From positions 25,095 to 89,094 of the forward strand of contig JBKDSQ010000058.1 in assembly GCA_046340895.1 (NCBI GenBank): a stretch of DNA of 64,000 nucleotides, given 5' to 3'. Below are positions 56,772 to 64,000 of the stretch, one piece after another; the stretch's first letter is position 1; every line of letters begins with the position of its first letter. The notes under the pieces were generated by a model. That model was not told the origin of the DNA and did not search any database. It saw nothing but the letters and a program-made list of their open reading frames with translations. The DNA comes from Synechococcaceae cyanobacterium. GTDB taxonomy: Bacteria; Cyanobacteriota; Cyanobacteriia; PCC-6307; Cyanobiaceae. The position numbers were made by a program, and so were the translations under genes.

Positions 56772-57596
56772 ATGACCGCCTCCCCCCTCGCCGCTCCCGC
56801 CGCCACCCCCCGCGGTCACGACATCTGCATGTCCCTCCAGGACGTGACGATCTCCTACGGCAGTTTCGTGGCTGTGCGCGGCGTGTACATGGACATCCCG
56901 CGCGGGCGGGTAACGGCCTTCATCGGCCCCTCGGGATGCGGCAAGAGCACCGTGCTGCGGGCCCTCAACCGCATGAACGATCTGATTCCCGGCTGCAGCC
57001 TCAAGGGCCGGGTGCTGTTCGATGGCCAGGATCTCTACCAACCCCGCGTCGACCCGGTGGAGGTGCGGCGACGGATCGGCATGGTGTTCCAAAAACCGAA
57101 TCCCTTCCCGAAAACCATCTACGAAAACATCGCCTTCGGGGCCCGCATCAACGGTTTCCGTGGCGATATGGACGAACTGGTGGAACGCTCATTGCGCAAG
57201 GCAGCCGTCTGGGAGGAGTGCAAGGACAAACTGCAGGAAAGCGGCCTGGCTCTCTCCGGCGGCCAGCAGCAACGGCTGTGCATCGCCCGCGCCATCGCCA
57301 CCGAGCCGGAGGTGATTCTGATGGATGAACCCTGCTCCGCTCTCGACCCGATCTCCACCCTCAAAATCGAGGAGACGATGCATGAACTCAAACGCAGTTA
57401 CACGATCATCATCGTCACCCACAACATGCAGCAGGCCGTCCGCGTGGCCGACATGACAGCCTTTTTCAATGCCGAAGCGGTCGACGGCGGCACCGGCAAG
57501 CTCGGCTATCTGGTGGAGTACAGCGAAACCGAGAAAATCTTCAATGCCCCTGGCCAGCAGGCCACTCTGGATTATGTGAGCGGCCGCTTCGGCTAA
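56772..57596 (+). CDS. pstB: Phosphate ABC transporter ATP-binding protein PstB
   Basis: Walker [10 protein letters not shown], signature LSGGQQQRL, Walker B ILMDEP, and the PstB-typical C-terminus YVSGRFG. Confidence 0.96.
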   Translation: MTASPLAAPAATPRGHDICMSLQDVTISYGSFVAVRGVYMDIPRGRVTAFIGPSGCGKSTVLRALNRMNDLIPGCSLKGRVLFDGQDLYQPRVDPVEVRRRIGMVFQKPNPFPKTIYENIAFGARINGFRGDMDELVERSLRKAAVWEECKDKLQESGLALSGGQQQRLCIARAIATEPEVILMDEPCSALDPISTLKIEETMHELKRSYTIIIVTHNMQQAVRVADMTAFFNAEAVDGGTGKLGYLVEYSETEKIFNAPGQQATLDYVSGRFG

Positions 57597-57918
57597 TCGG
57601 CTTCGCCGCAAGGCTGTTGCTGGCGGATCCAACATCGCGGCCTTGAAGAAAGGGTGCCGAGGTTCCAAAGAGCCAACTTGAGAGGGCAGGCAGAAACCGT
57701 ATCGCCGGATCCGACGCGATCCGCACGGAGGTGGCATTGGTGCAGAGCAGCGGTGGATGCATGCCCCACTCCGGGTTCACAGCCACGCTGCGAACAGTAA
57801 TCGCCGAACCTCCGCACGTCTGGTGACTTTCTGTCGGCAATCGGCAGGCCCGAACCCCAGCAGGCTGCAAATACGCCCCACCGAAACCACGCAGCGGCTT
57901 CTGCGCGGTCTACAGCAG

Positions 57919-57942
57919 AAAAAAACCGGCCCGAAGACCGGT
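57919..57942 (-). terminator. Rho-independent terminator downstream of tRNA-Ser
   Basis: Minus strand reads ACCGGTC-TTCG-GGCCGGT, a 7-bp stem (one G-U pair) with a tetraloop, followed directly by TTTTTTT. It starts 7 nt after the tRNA 3' end. Confidence 0.65.
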
Positions 57943-57949
57943 GAAAGAA

Positions 57950-58036
57950 CGGAGAGGGAGGGATTCGAACCCTCGATAGAGTTGCCCCTATACAGCATTT
58001 CCAGTGCTGCGCCTTCGACCACTCGGCCACCTCTCC
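57950..58036 (-). tRNA. tRNA-Ser (anticodon GGA)
   Basis: Minus strand: GGAGAGG-TG-GCCGAGTGGTCGAAGGC-G-CAGCA-CTGGAAA-TGCTG-long variable arm-GAGGG-TTCGAAT-CCCTC-CCTCTCC-G. This is a class II cloverleaf with a GGA anticodon. CCA is not encoded. Confidence 0.93.
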
Positions 58037-58089
58037 ATGGGCAGAATGGGGCCTGAGGCAATGTAGCAGGCAGCCATGCCCCGGCATCC

Positions 58090-58458
58090 ATGACCCGCAG
58101 CTTCCCGATCACCGTGCACTGGCGACAGGCCGGGCGGGTGATCCGCCACGACGTCCCCGAGGGCGAAACCATCCTGCACAGCTTTGAGCGCCAGGGAGAT
58201 CCCCTCCCCTTCAGCTGCCGCAACGGCTGCTGCACCGCCTGCGCCGTGCGGGTGATCTCCGGCGAGATCGACCAGCGCGAGGCCCTCGGCCTCTCGCGCG
58301 AGCTGCGCGCCCGCGGTTACGGCCTGCTCTGCGTGGCCCGGGCCACCGGCCCGCTGGAGGTGGAAACCCAGGACGAGGACGAGGTCTACGAGCTTCAGTT
58401 CGGCCGCCACTTCGGCCGGGGCAAGGTGCGGCCAGGCCTGCCGCTGGACGAGGAGTGA
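58090..58458 (+). CDS. Plant-type [2Fe-2S] ferredoxin-like protein
   Basis: 122 aa. The Cys pattern SCRNGCCTAC...C (C-x4-C-x2-C...C) is typical of 2Fe-2S ferredoxins. Confidence 0.85.
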   Translation: MTRSFPITVHWRQAGRVIRHDVPEGETILHSFERQGDPLPFSCRNGCCTACAVRVISGEIDQREALGLSRELRARGYGLLCVARATGPLEVETQDEDEVYELQFGRHFGRGKVRPGLPLDEE

Positions 58459-58469
58459 GGAACGACGCC

Positions 58470-59363
58470 ATGAACGATCTGAGTCTGAGCGCGCGGGCAC
58501 GGCAGGAGTGCGGCCTGCCGGAGGCGGAGCTCGACCGCCTGGCCGGGGTGGCCCGCCGTGCCGCAGCGGCGGGCGCCGAGCCGCTGCGGCGCCTGTTCGG
58601 CCAGCTGGAGCACATCCGGGCCAAGGGCAGCGCCGGCAATCTCGTCACCGAGGCGGATCTGGCGGCAGAGGCCGCCGTGCTCTCGGTGCTGGAGGCTGAC
58701 ACACCCCACTTCCCGGTGCTGGCCGAGGAGAGTGGGCGCCGCAGTGGCCAGGGCGAGCTGGAGTGGTGCGTCGATCCCCTCGATGGCACCACCAACTACG
58801 CCCACGGCTTTCCGGTGTTCGCCACCTCGGTGGGGCTGCTGTGGCGGGGTCTGCCCCTGCTCGGCGCGCTGGAGCTGCCCGCCCTGGAGCAGAGCTTCTG
58901 GGCCGCCGCCGGCCAGGGAGCCTGGCGCAACGGCGCCCGCCTCCAGGTGAGCGCCTGCTCCCAGATCAGCGATGCCCTGCTGGGCACCGGCTTCGCCTAC
59001 GACCGCACCAGCCGGCGCGACAACAACTACGCCGAGTTCGCCCTGTTCACGCACCGCAGCCACGGCGTGCGGCGAGCCGGGGCGGCGGCGGTGGACCTGG
59101 CCTGGGTGGCCGCCGGGGCGCTTGATGGCTACTGGGAGCGCGGCCTCTCCCCCTGGGATCTGGCGGCGGGGGTGGTGCTGGTGGAGGAGGCCGGTGGTGT
59201 GGTCAGCGCCTACGACGGCAGCCTCCTCACAGTGGCCGACGGACGCCTGATTGCCTGCGCCCCGGGGCTGCACCGGCCGATGGTGGAAGCGCTGGCCCAG
59301 TGCCGCCCCCTCGCCGGCAGCAGCTATGGCGCCCCCGAACTCGACCGCGAGCAAACCGCCTGA
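58470..59363 (+). CDS. Inositol monophosphatase family protein (SuhB-like)
   Basis: VTEADLAAE, EESG, WCVDPLDGTTNY and WDLAAG motifs. ATG at 58470. Confidence 0.88.
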   Translation: MNDLSLSARARQECGLPEAELDRLAGVARRAAAAGAEPLRRLFGQLEHIRAKGSAGNLVTEADLAAEAAVLSVLEADTPHFPVLAEESGRRSGQGELEWCVDPLDGTTNYAHGFPVFATSVGLLWRGLPLLGALELPALEQSFWAAAGQGAWRNGARLQVSACSQISDALLGTGFAYDRTSRRDNNYAEFALFTHRSHGVRRAGAAAVDLAWVAAGALDGYWERGLSPWDLAAGVVLVEEAGGVVSAYDGSLLTVADGRLIACAPGLHRPMVEALAQCRPLAGSSYGAPELDREQTA

Positions 59364-59421
59364 CCCCCGCGCCAGGCGCTCCATAGGATCGCCCCGCCGG
59401 AACCGCACCCCTTCCCCGTCC

Positions 59422-60597
59422 ATGGCCCTGCAACCCGCCGCCGGCGTCCGCGACCTCAACCCGCGCGAGGTCGACCGCAACCGCCGCCTGTGCGAGCTGC
59501 TGGCGGAGGTGTATCGGCTCTGGGGATACCAGGAAGTGGCGCCGCCCGCGATCGAGCGGCTCGACACCCTCGAGGCCGGCGGGGCGATCGAGGAGCGCGA
59601 ACTGGTGCGCCTGGTGGCGGATGAACCCCTCGGCCTGCGGCCGGAGCTCACCGCCTCGATCGCCCGTGCCGCCAGCACCCGCATGGCCGACCGTCCCCGG
59701 CCGCTGCGGCTGTGGGCCTGTGGCAGCACCTTCCGCAGCGCCACCAGTGAGGGGGGAGGCCTGCGCTTCGGCGAGGAGCTGCAAAGCGGGGTGGAGTTGC
59801 TCGGCGTTCCCTCCCCCGCAGCCGACACGGAGCTGATGCATCTGCTGCTGGCGGCGGTGGCCACCCTTGGTCTGCGCAGCGAACACCGGCCCACCCTGCT
59901 GGTGGGGCACCACGGCCTGCTCAACGCCCTGCTCGGCCAGGTGTCCGCCGGTCAGCGGGGCCCCGTGCGCTCCGCCCTCACCGACTTCGACCCACTCGTG
60001 CTGGAGGCGCTGCCCCTGGCCGCCAGTGAGCGGCAGCGGCTGGGGGCTCTGCTGGCCCTGCGGGGCGAGCCGGCGCAGGTGCTCTACCAACTGGAGCAAT
60101 GGCTTGGACCGATGCCGCTGCTGGAGAGCCTGGCCCGCACGCTGGAGAGCGTGGTGCCCCAGGCCACGGCGCTGGGGGTGCGGCTGCAGCTCGATCCCAC
60201 CTTCCAGCCGCACTTCGATCTCTACGACGGGCTGGTGTTCAAGTTAGTCTGCCAGGGGAGCGAGGCACCGGTGGCAATTGCCAGTGGCGGCCGCTACGAC
60301 GCCCTGGTGGGGCATTTCTGCAACGATCCGGCCCTGCGGGCGGGCACCGGCTTCGCCTTCGCGGTCGAGGCGATCCGCGAACTGCTTGGTGCCATCCCTC
60401 CCGCCGAGGCGGAGAATCCCTGGCTGGTGGCCGCCAGCGCCGAGGCGGGGCTGGGCTCTGCCCTGGCCCGCATGGCCGAGCTGCACGCCCGTGGCGAGAG
60501 CGCCGAACTGTGCCCGGAGCCCCTGGCCAGCGCCGCTGAAGCGGAGCGCGTCGCCGCCCTGCGCGGCTGCCGCGGCGCCGTTTGGCTGGCTGCCTAG
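59422..60597 (+). CDS. hisZ: ATP phosphoribosyltransferase regulatory subunit
   Basis: HisRS-like catalytic-core paralogue. LQPAAGVRDLNPREV and YDGLVF.....ASGGRYD blocks. ATG at 59422. Confidence 0.88.
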   Translation: MALQPAAGVRDLNPREVDRNRRLCELLAEVYRLWGYQEVAPPAIERLDTLEAGGAIEERELVRLVADEPLGLRPELTASIARAASTRMADRPRPLRLWACGSTFRSATSEGGGLRFGEELQSGVELLGVPSPAADTELMHLLLAAVATLGLRSEHRPTLLVGHHGLLNALLGQVSAGQRGPVRSALTDFDPLVLEALPLAASERQRLGALLALRGEPAQVLYQLEQWLGPMPLLESLARTLESVVPQATALGVRLQLDPTFQPHFDLYDGLVFKLVCQGSEAPVAIASGGRYDALVGHFCNDPALRAGTGFAFAVEAIRELLGAIPPAEAENPWLVAASAEAGLGSALARMAELHARGESAELCPEPLASAAEAERVAALRGCRGAVWLAA

Positions 60598-60624
60598 GAT
60601 CCCCAACGCCGCTGCCGAGACCCG

Positions 60625-60849
60625 ATGGCCCACACGATCGTCACCGAGATCTGCGAAGGGGTGGCCGATTGCGTGGATGCCTGTCCGGTGGCCTGCATCC
60701 ACCCTGGCCAGGGCACCAACACGCGGGGCCTGCCCTTCTACTGGATCGACGCCGACACCTGCATCGACTGCGGCATCTGCCTGCAGGTGTGCCCGGTGGC
60801 CGGCGCGATCCTGCCCGAGGAGCGGCCAGAGCTGCAGAAAGCCGGCTGA
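60625..60849 (+). CDS. 4Fe-4S ferredoxin
   Basis: 74 aa with CEGVADCVDACP and CIDCGICLQVCP cluster motifs. Confidence 0.85.
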   Translation: MAHTIVTEICEGVADCVDACPVACIHPGQGTNTRGLPFYWIDADTCIDCGICLQVCPVAGAILPEERPELQKAG

Positions 60850-60865
60850 GCGGCAGGAGCGCAAG

Positions 60866-61591
60866 GTGCTCTACCTGCGTCCGTACCAGCTGGTCTACGT
60901 CAAGAGCATCAAAACGGCCTCCACCAGCGTGGAGCTGGCCCTCGAAACCCTGATTCGCCCCGACAGCCGCCCTTCCACACCCTTCACGGAACTGGATGGC
61001 TCGCTGATCGGCTTCCGGGGGCGCGATCCGGCGGAGGATCCGCAGCATGGCAGCGCTCGCTTCTGCTGGAACCACATGCCCCTGGCCCAGATCCGGGAGC
61101 GGATCGGCCACGAAGCCTTCACGGATTGTCTGAAGGTCTCCAGCCTGCGCAATCCCTACGAACAGGTGATCTCAGCTTTTCACTTCTTCACCCCGTTCAA
61201 AGTGGGCGATGCTGTCGCCGCCCTGGCCGAAGGCAGACCCGAACGGATCCGCCAGCGCTTTGCGGAGTACGTGCTGGAGGGAGAGGCGCCTCTTTACAAC
61301 GGCGACGAGCACTTCAGCCTCGATGGACAGCTGGCCATCCATCACTTCGTGCGTCTGGAGTCGCTGATCTCGGATCTCAGCATCGTGCTCGATCGGATCG
61401 GTGCCGGAGATCGGCGGCAGGAGCTGGTGGCGGGCCTTCGCCATTGCAAGAATTCACGCCGACGCGAGACACCCCTCGAACGCCGCCATTACTACGACGC
61501 AGCAAGCCTGGAGCGGGTAAACCAGCGCCTTGGGCCTTGGTTCGCCTATGGCGGCTACAGCCGATGGAGCGGTGGGGATCTGGGCGGCTGA
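60866..61591 (+). CDS. Sulfotransferase-family protein (tentative)
   Basis: GTG at 60866 with GGAG 7 nt upstream. The N-terminal VYVKSIKTASTSVELAL resembles the PAPS-binding hIPKtgGTS motif of sulfotransferase family 2, and RNPYEQVIS resembles its second motif. G+C is somewhat lower than in neighbouring genes. Confidence 0.55.
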   Translation: MLYLRPYQLVYVKSIKTASTSVELALETLIRPDSRPSTPFTELDGSLIGFRGRDPAEDPQHGSARFCWNHMPLAQIRERIGHEAFTDCLKVSSLRNPYEQVISAFHFFTPFKVGDAVAALAEGRPERIRQRFAEYVLEGEAPLYNGDEHFSLDGQLAIHHFVRLESLISDLSIVLDRIGAGDRRQELVAGLRHCKNSRRRETPLERRHYYDAASLERVNQRLGPWFAYGGYSRWSGGDLGG

Positions 61592-61710
61592 GCCGGTGCA
61601 AGGGGGGCTTGGACCCCAGCCGGGTCGGGGTTCGGGGACCACGCCAGAGCCAACGCCGGGAACGCCGCCTACAGCTCGCTAAACTCGTGTTCGAGCACGT
61701 CAATTTCGCC

Positions 61711-63618
61711 ATGCCGGTTCTGGAAGAACAGGGTCAGATCCAGATCCATACGGAAAATATCTTTCCGATCATCAAGAAGGCCGTCTACAGCGGCCATGAG
61801 GTTTTTCTGCGGGAGCTGGTCAGCAACGGCGTCGATGCCATCAGTAAGCGGCGCATGGCCGCGATGGCGGGCGACTGCACAGAAGGCCCGGAGGGATGCA
61901 TCAACATTCGCCTGGATCGCGAAGCCAAAACTCTCACCATCTCCGACAACGGCATCGGCATGGATGCCGAGGAGGTGAAGCGCTACATCAACCAGGTGGC
62001 ATTCTCGAGCGCAGAAGAGTTTCTCGAGAAGTACAAACAGGAGGGCGACGCCATCATCGGCCATTTCGGCCTCGGCTTCTACTCCAGCTTCATGGTGGCC
62101 CGCCAGGTGGAGCTGGTCAGCCTCTCGGCGCGCGAGGGGAGCGAAGCCGTGCGCTGGAGCTGCGACGGATCGCCCCGTTTCCAGCTCAACGCCGCGGAGC
62201 GCAGCGAACCCGGTACCGATGTGATCCTCCACCTGCTGGAGGAGGAGCTCGAATACATCGAGCCTTCCCGGATCCGCACCCTGATCTCCACCTACTGCGA
62301 CTTCCTGCCGGTGCCGGTGCAACTGGAGGGAGAAACGGTCAACAAGCGGGAGGCCCCCTGGCGCTCCAGCCCCCGTGAGCTCACCGACAACGACTACATC
62401 GAGCTCTATCGCTACCTGTATCCCTTCCAGGGCGATCCCCTGCTCTGGGTGCACCTCAACACCGATTACCCCTACAGCCTGCAGGGAATCCTCTATTTCC
62501 CCCGCATCAGCGGCCGCGCCGACTGGGAGAACGGCGAGATCCGCCTTTACTGCAACCAGGTGTTCGTTTCCGATTCGATCAAGGAGGTGGTGCCCCGCTA
62601 CCTGCTGCCCCTGCGCGGCGTGATCGATTCGCCCGACATCCCGCTCAATGTGAGCCGCAGCGCCCTGCAGACCGACCGGCGCGTGCGCTCGATCGGTGGC
62701 TTCGTGGCCAAGAAGATCGGCGACCGCCTCAAGGAGCTGCGACGCGAGGATCCGGCCCGTTATGCGGAGATCTGGGATTCGCTGGCCCCCTTCATCAAGA
62801 TAGGGGCCATGGAGGACGACAAATTCGCCGAGCAGGTGGCCGATCTGGTGCTGTTCCGCACCACCGCCCCCGCGGCCGGCGAAGGTGAGCAGGCCGATCC
62901 GGTTGCTGCCGGCGAGCACGCCTACACCACCCTGGCCGGGTACCGCAGCCGTCTCAACCAGGCCGATGCGCAGCGCATCCTCTACTGCACCAACGAGGCC
63001 GCCCAGGCCGGAGCGCTGGCGCTCTGGCAGGCGCAGGGGGCCGAGGTGCTGCTGGCCGACACGTTGATCGATGCCCAGTTCATCCCCTGGCTGGAGCACC
63101 GCCACGGCGAGCTGCGCTTCCAGCGCGTCGATGCCGAGCTCGATGCGAGCCTGCACGACGATGCCCCTGATCTGGCTGAGGCTGATGGCCAGCAGACGGG
63201 CGAGAAGCTGCGCGAGCTCTTCCGCGCCGCCCTCGGCGATGAGCGCATCACCGTGAAGGTGGAGGCGCTCAAGGGCGAACAGGCGCCGGCGGCCCTGATC
63301 CTGCTGCCCGAGCAGATGCGCCGCATCAACGACATGGGCGCCCTGATGGAGCAGCGCCTGCCCGGCCTGCCCGACCACCACGTGCTGCTCGTGAACCGGC
63401 GCCATCCGCTGGTGGAAGGCCTGCGCAAGCTGGAGTCGGGCGCCGTGATCACCGGCTCCAGCGACGACTCCCCCAGCCATCGACTCGCGCTCGACCTCAG
63501 CCGCCATCTCTACGAGATGGCTCGCTTGGCCGTGGGCGGCCTGGAGCCCAACCAACTGGCGGGCTTCCAACAGCGCAGCGCTGATGTGATGGGCCGGTTG
63601 ATGGAGCGGGGCCTCTGA
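61711..63618 (+). CDS. htpG: Molecular chaperone HtpG (Hsp90)
   Basis: ATG at 61711. GHKL ATPase motifs (FLRELVSNGVDA, DNGIGM, GHFGLGFYS) and Hsp90 middle/C-terminal domains. Confidence 0.96.
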   Translation: MPVLEEQGQIQIHTENIFPIIKKAVYSGHEVFLRELVSNGVDAISKRRMAAMAGDCTEGPEGCINIRLDREAKTLTISDNGIGMDAEEVKRYINQVAFSSAEEFLEKYKQEGDAIIGHFGLGFYSSFMVARQVELVSLSAREGSEAVRWSCDGSPRFQLNAAERSEPGTDVILHLLEEELEYIEPSRIRTLISTYCDFLPVPVQLEGETVNKREAPWRSSPRELTDNDYIELYRYLYPFQGDPLLWVHLNTDYPYSLQGILYFPRISGRADWENGEIRLYCNQVFVSDSIKEVVPRYLLPLRGVIDSPDIPLNVSRSALQTDRRVRSIGGFVAKKIGDRLKELRREDPARYAEIWDSLAPFIKIGAMEDDKFAEQVADLVLFRTTAPAAGEGEQADPVAAGEHAYTTLAGYRSRLNQADAQRILYCTNEAAQAGALALWQAQGAEVLLADTLIDAQFIPWLEHRHGELRFQRVDAELDASLHDDAPDLAEADGQQTGEKLRELFRAALGDERITVKVEALKGEQAPAALILLPEQMRRINDMGALMEQRLPGLPDHHVLLVNRRHPLVEGLRKLESGAVITGSSDDSPSHRLALDLSRHLYEMARLAVGGLEPNQLAGFQQRSADVMGRLMERGL

Positions 63619-63623
63619 ATCCC

Positions 63624-64000
63624 GTGCCGCTGGCCGCCCCGCGCCTGCGGGGCCTTGTCTTCCCGGGGCGCTCGCGGCTGCTGGCGGCGGTTCTTTCTCT
63701 GGTTGTGACGGTGCTGCTGTTGGCACCGCTGGCCCTGGCCCGGCGCTCCCCGCTCCGCCCCGGCGCCTCAGCCCCCCCTGCCGCACCGGGGCCGGCGGTA
63801 ACCGTGCGGGTGCTGATGCCAGCCCCCTTCGCCGACGCCACCGCTGCGCCGGTGCGGCAGTTCAACGCCAGCCATCCCGGCCTGCGCCTGGAGGTGGTTC
63901 GCGGTCCCCTTGACAGCGAGGTGCTCTCCGATCTGGCGGTGAGCAGCCTGCTGCTCGGCGACACCCCCTACGACCTGCTGCTGGTCGATCAGACCTGGAC
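63624..64000 (+). CDS. ABC transporter substrate-binding protein, N-terminal fragment (runs off the window)
   Basis: Open frame from GTG 63624 with no stop before 64000. Signal/anchor LLAAVLSLVVTVLLLAPLALA, then VRVLMP...FNASHPGLRLEVV...YDLLLVDQTW, typical of family-1 solute-binding proteins. Absent from the ORF track because it is unterminated. Confidence 0.5.
   Translation, partial: MPLAAPRLRGLVFPGRSRLLAAVLSLVVTVLLLAPLALARRSPLRPGASAPPAAPGPAVTVRVLMPAPFADATAAPVRQFNASHPGLRLEVVRGPLDSEVLSDLAVSSLLLGDTPYDLLLVDQTW

Noticed and set aside
57950-58036. tRNA-Ser as the anchor of the genomic island
   Set aside because: The AT-rich island lies 31 kb away. Nothing resembling an integrase or a duplicated tRNA 3' end is adjacent to the tRNA.
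57593-58235. ORFs of 164 aa and 152 aa on the minus strand
   Set aside because: They run straight through the tRNA-Ser gene and its terminator.
61670-61710. Possible heat-shock operator (CIRCE-like) upstream of htpG
   Set aside because: Only a short imperfect palindrome is present (gtgttcgagcac). There is no TTAGCACTC-N9-GAGTGCTAA-like element.
61669-63786. 705-aa minus-strand ORF
   Set aside because: It is antisense to htpG.
1-64000. CRISPR arrays, IS elements, integrases, prophage genes
   Set aside because: I saw no regularly spaced direct repeats of 25-40 nt. I recognised no transposase, integrase or phage structural motifs in any frame of the credible ORFs.

Overview
High-GC chromosomal segment. 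Hand counts of typical 60-nt lines give roughly 65-75% G+C. Gene content and order look like a picocyanobacterium of the Synechococcus/Cyanobium type. About 90% of the window is tightly packed core genes, many joined by ATGA/GTGA start-stop overlaps: metH, ilvE, cobN, hemJ, an FeS-type photolyase, uvrC, coaD, dacB-like PBP4, a cysteine desulfurase, dapF, a cyanobacterial hfq, leuS, pgi, purN, argC, ribBA, mtnP, murQ, a dnaK3/dnaJ pair, pstCAB, tRNA-Ser(GGA), two ferredoxins, hisZ, htpG, and several cyanobacteria-typical DUF proteins. The many very long Arg/Ala/Gly/Pro-rich ORFs in the six-frame track are antisense or off-frame shadows of these genes. The one clearly foreign region is an AT-richer island of about 4.6 kb (about 22.5-27.1 kb, hand counts about 45-50% G+C) between the photolyase-like gene and uvrC. 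It carries four co-directional minus-strand ORFs that I cannot assign to any characterised family. Two of them show PD-(D/E)xK-type nuclease signatures: a 431-aa protein with a NucS/DUF1016-like N-terminal core, and a 385-aa protein with a restriction-endonuclease-like C-terminal core. They sit next to a small membrane protein and an exported protein. I see no methyltransferase, ATPase/helicase, integrase or transposase in the island. This is my best candidate for an undescribed system, most likely anti-phage or anti-plasmid defence. All functional calls come from motif recognition by eye, without database searches. Start codons of several genes are uncertain, because the ORF track also uses GTG/TTG starts.
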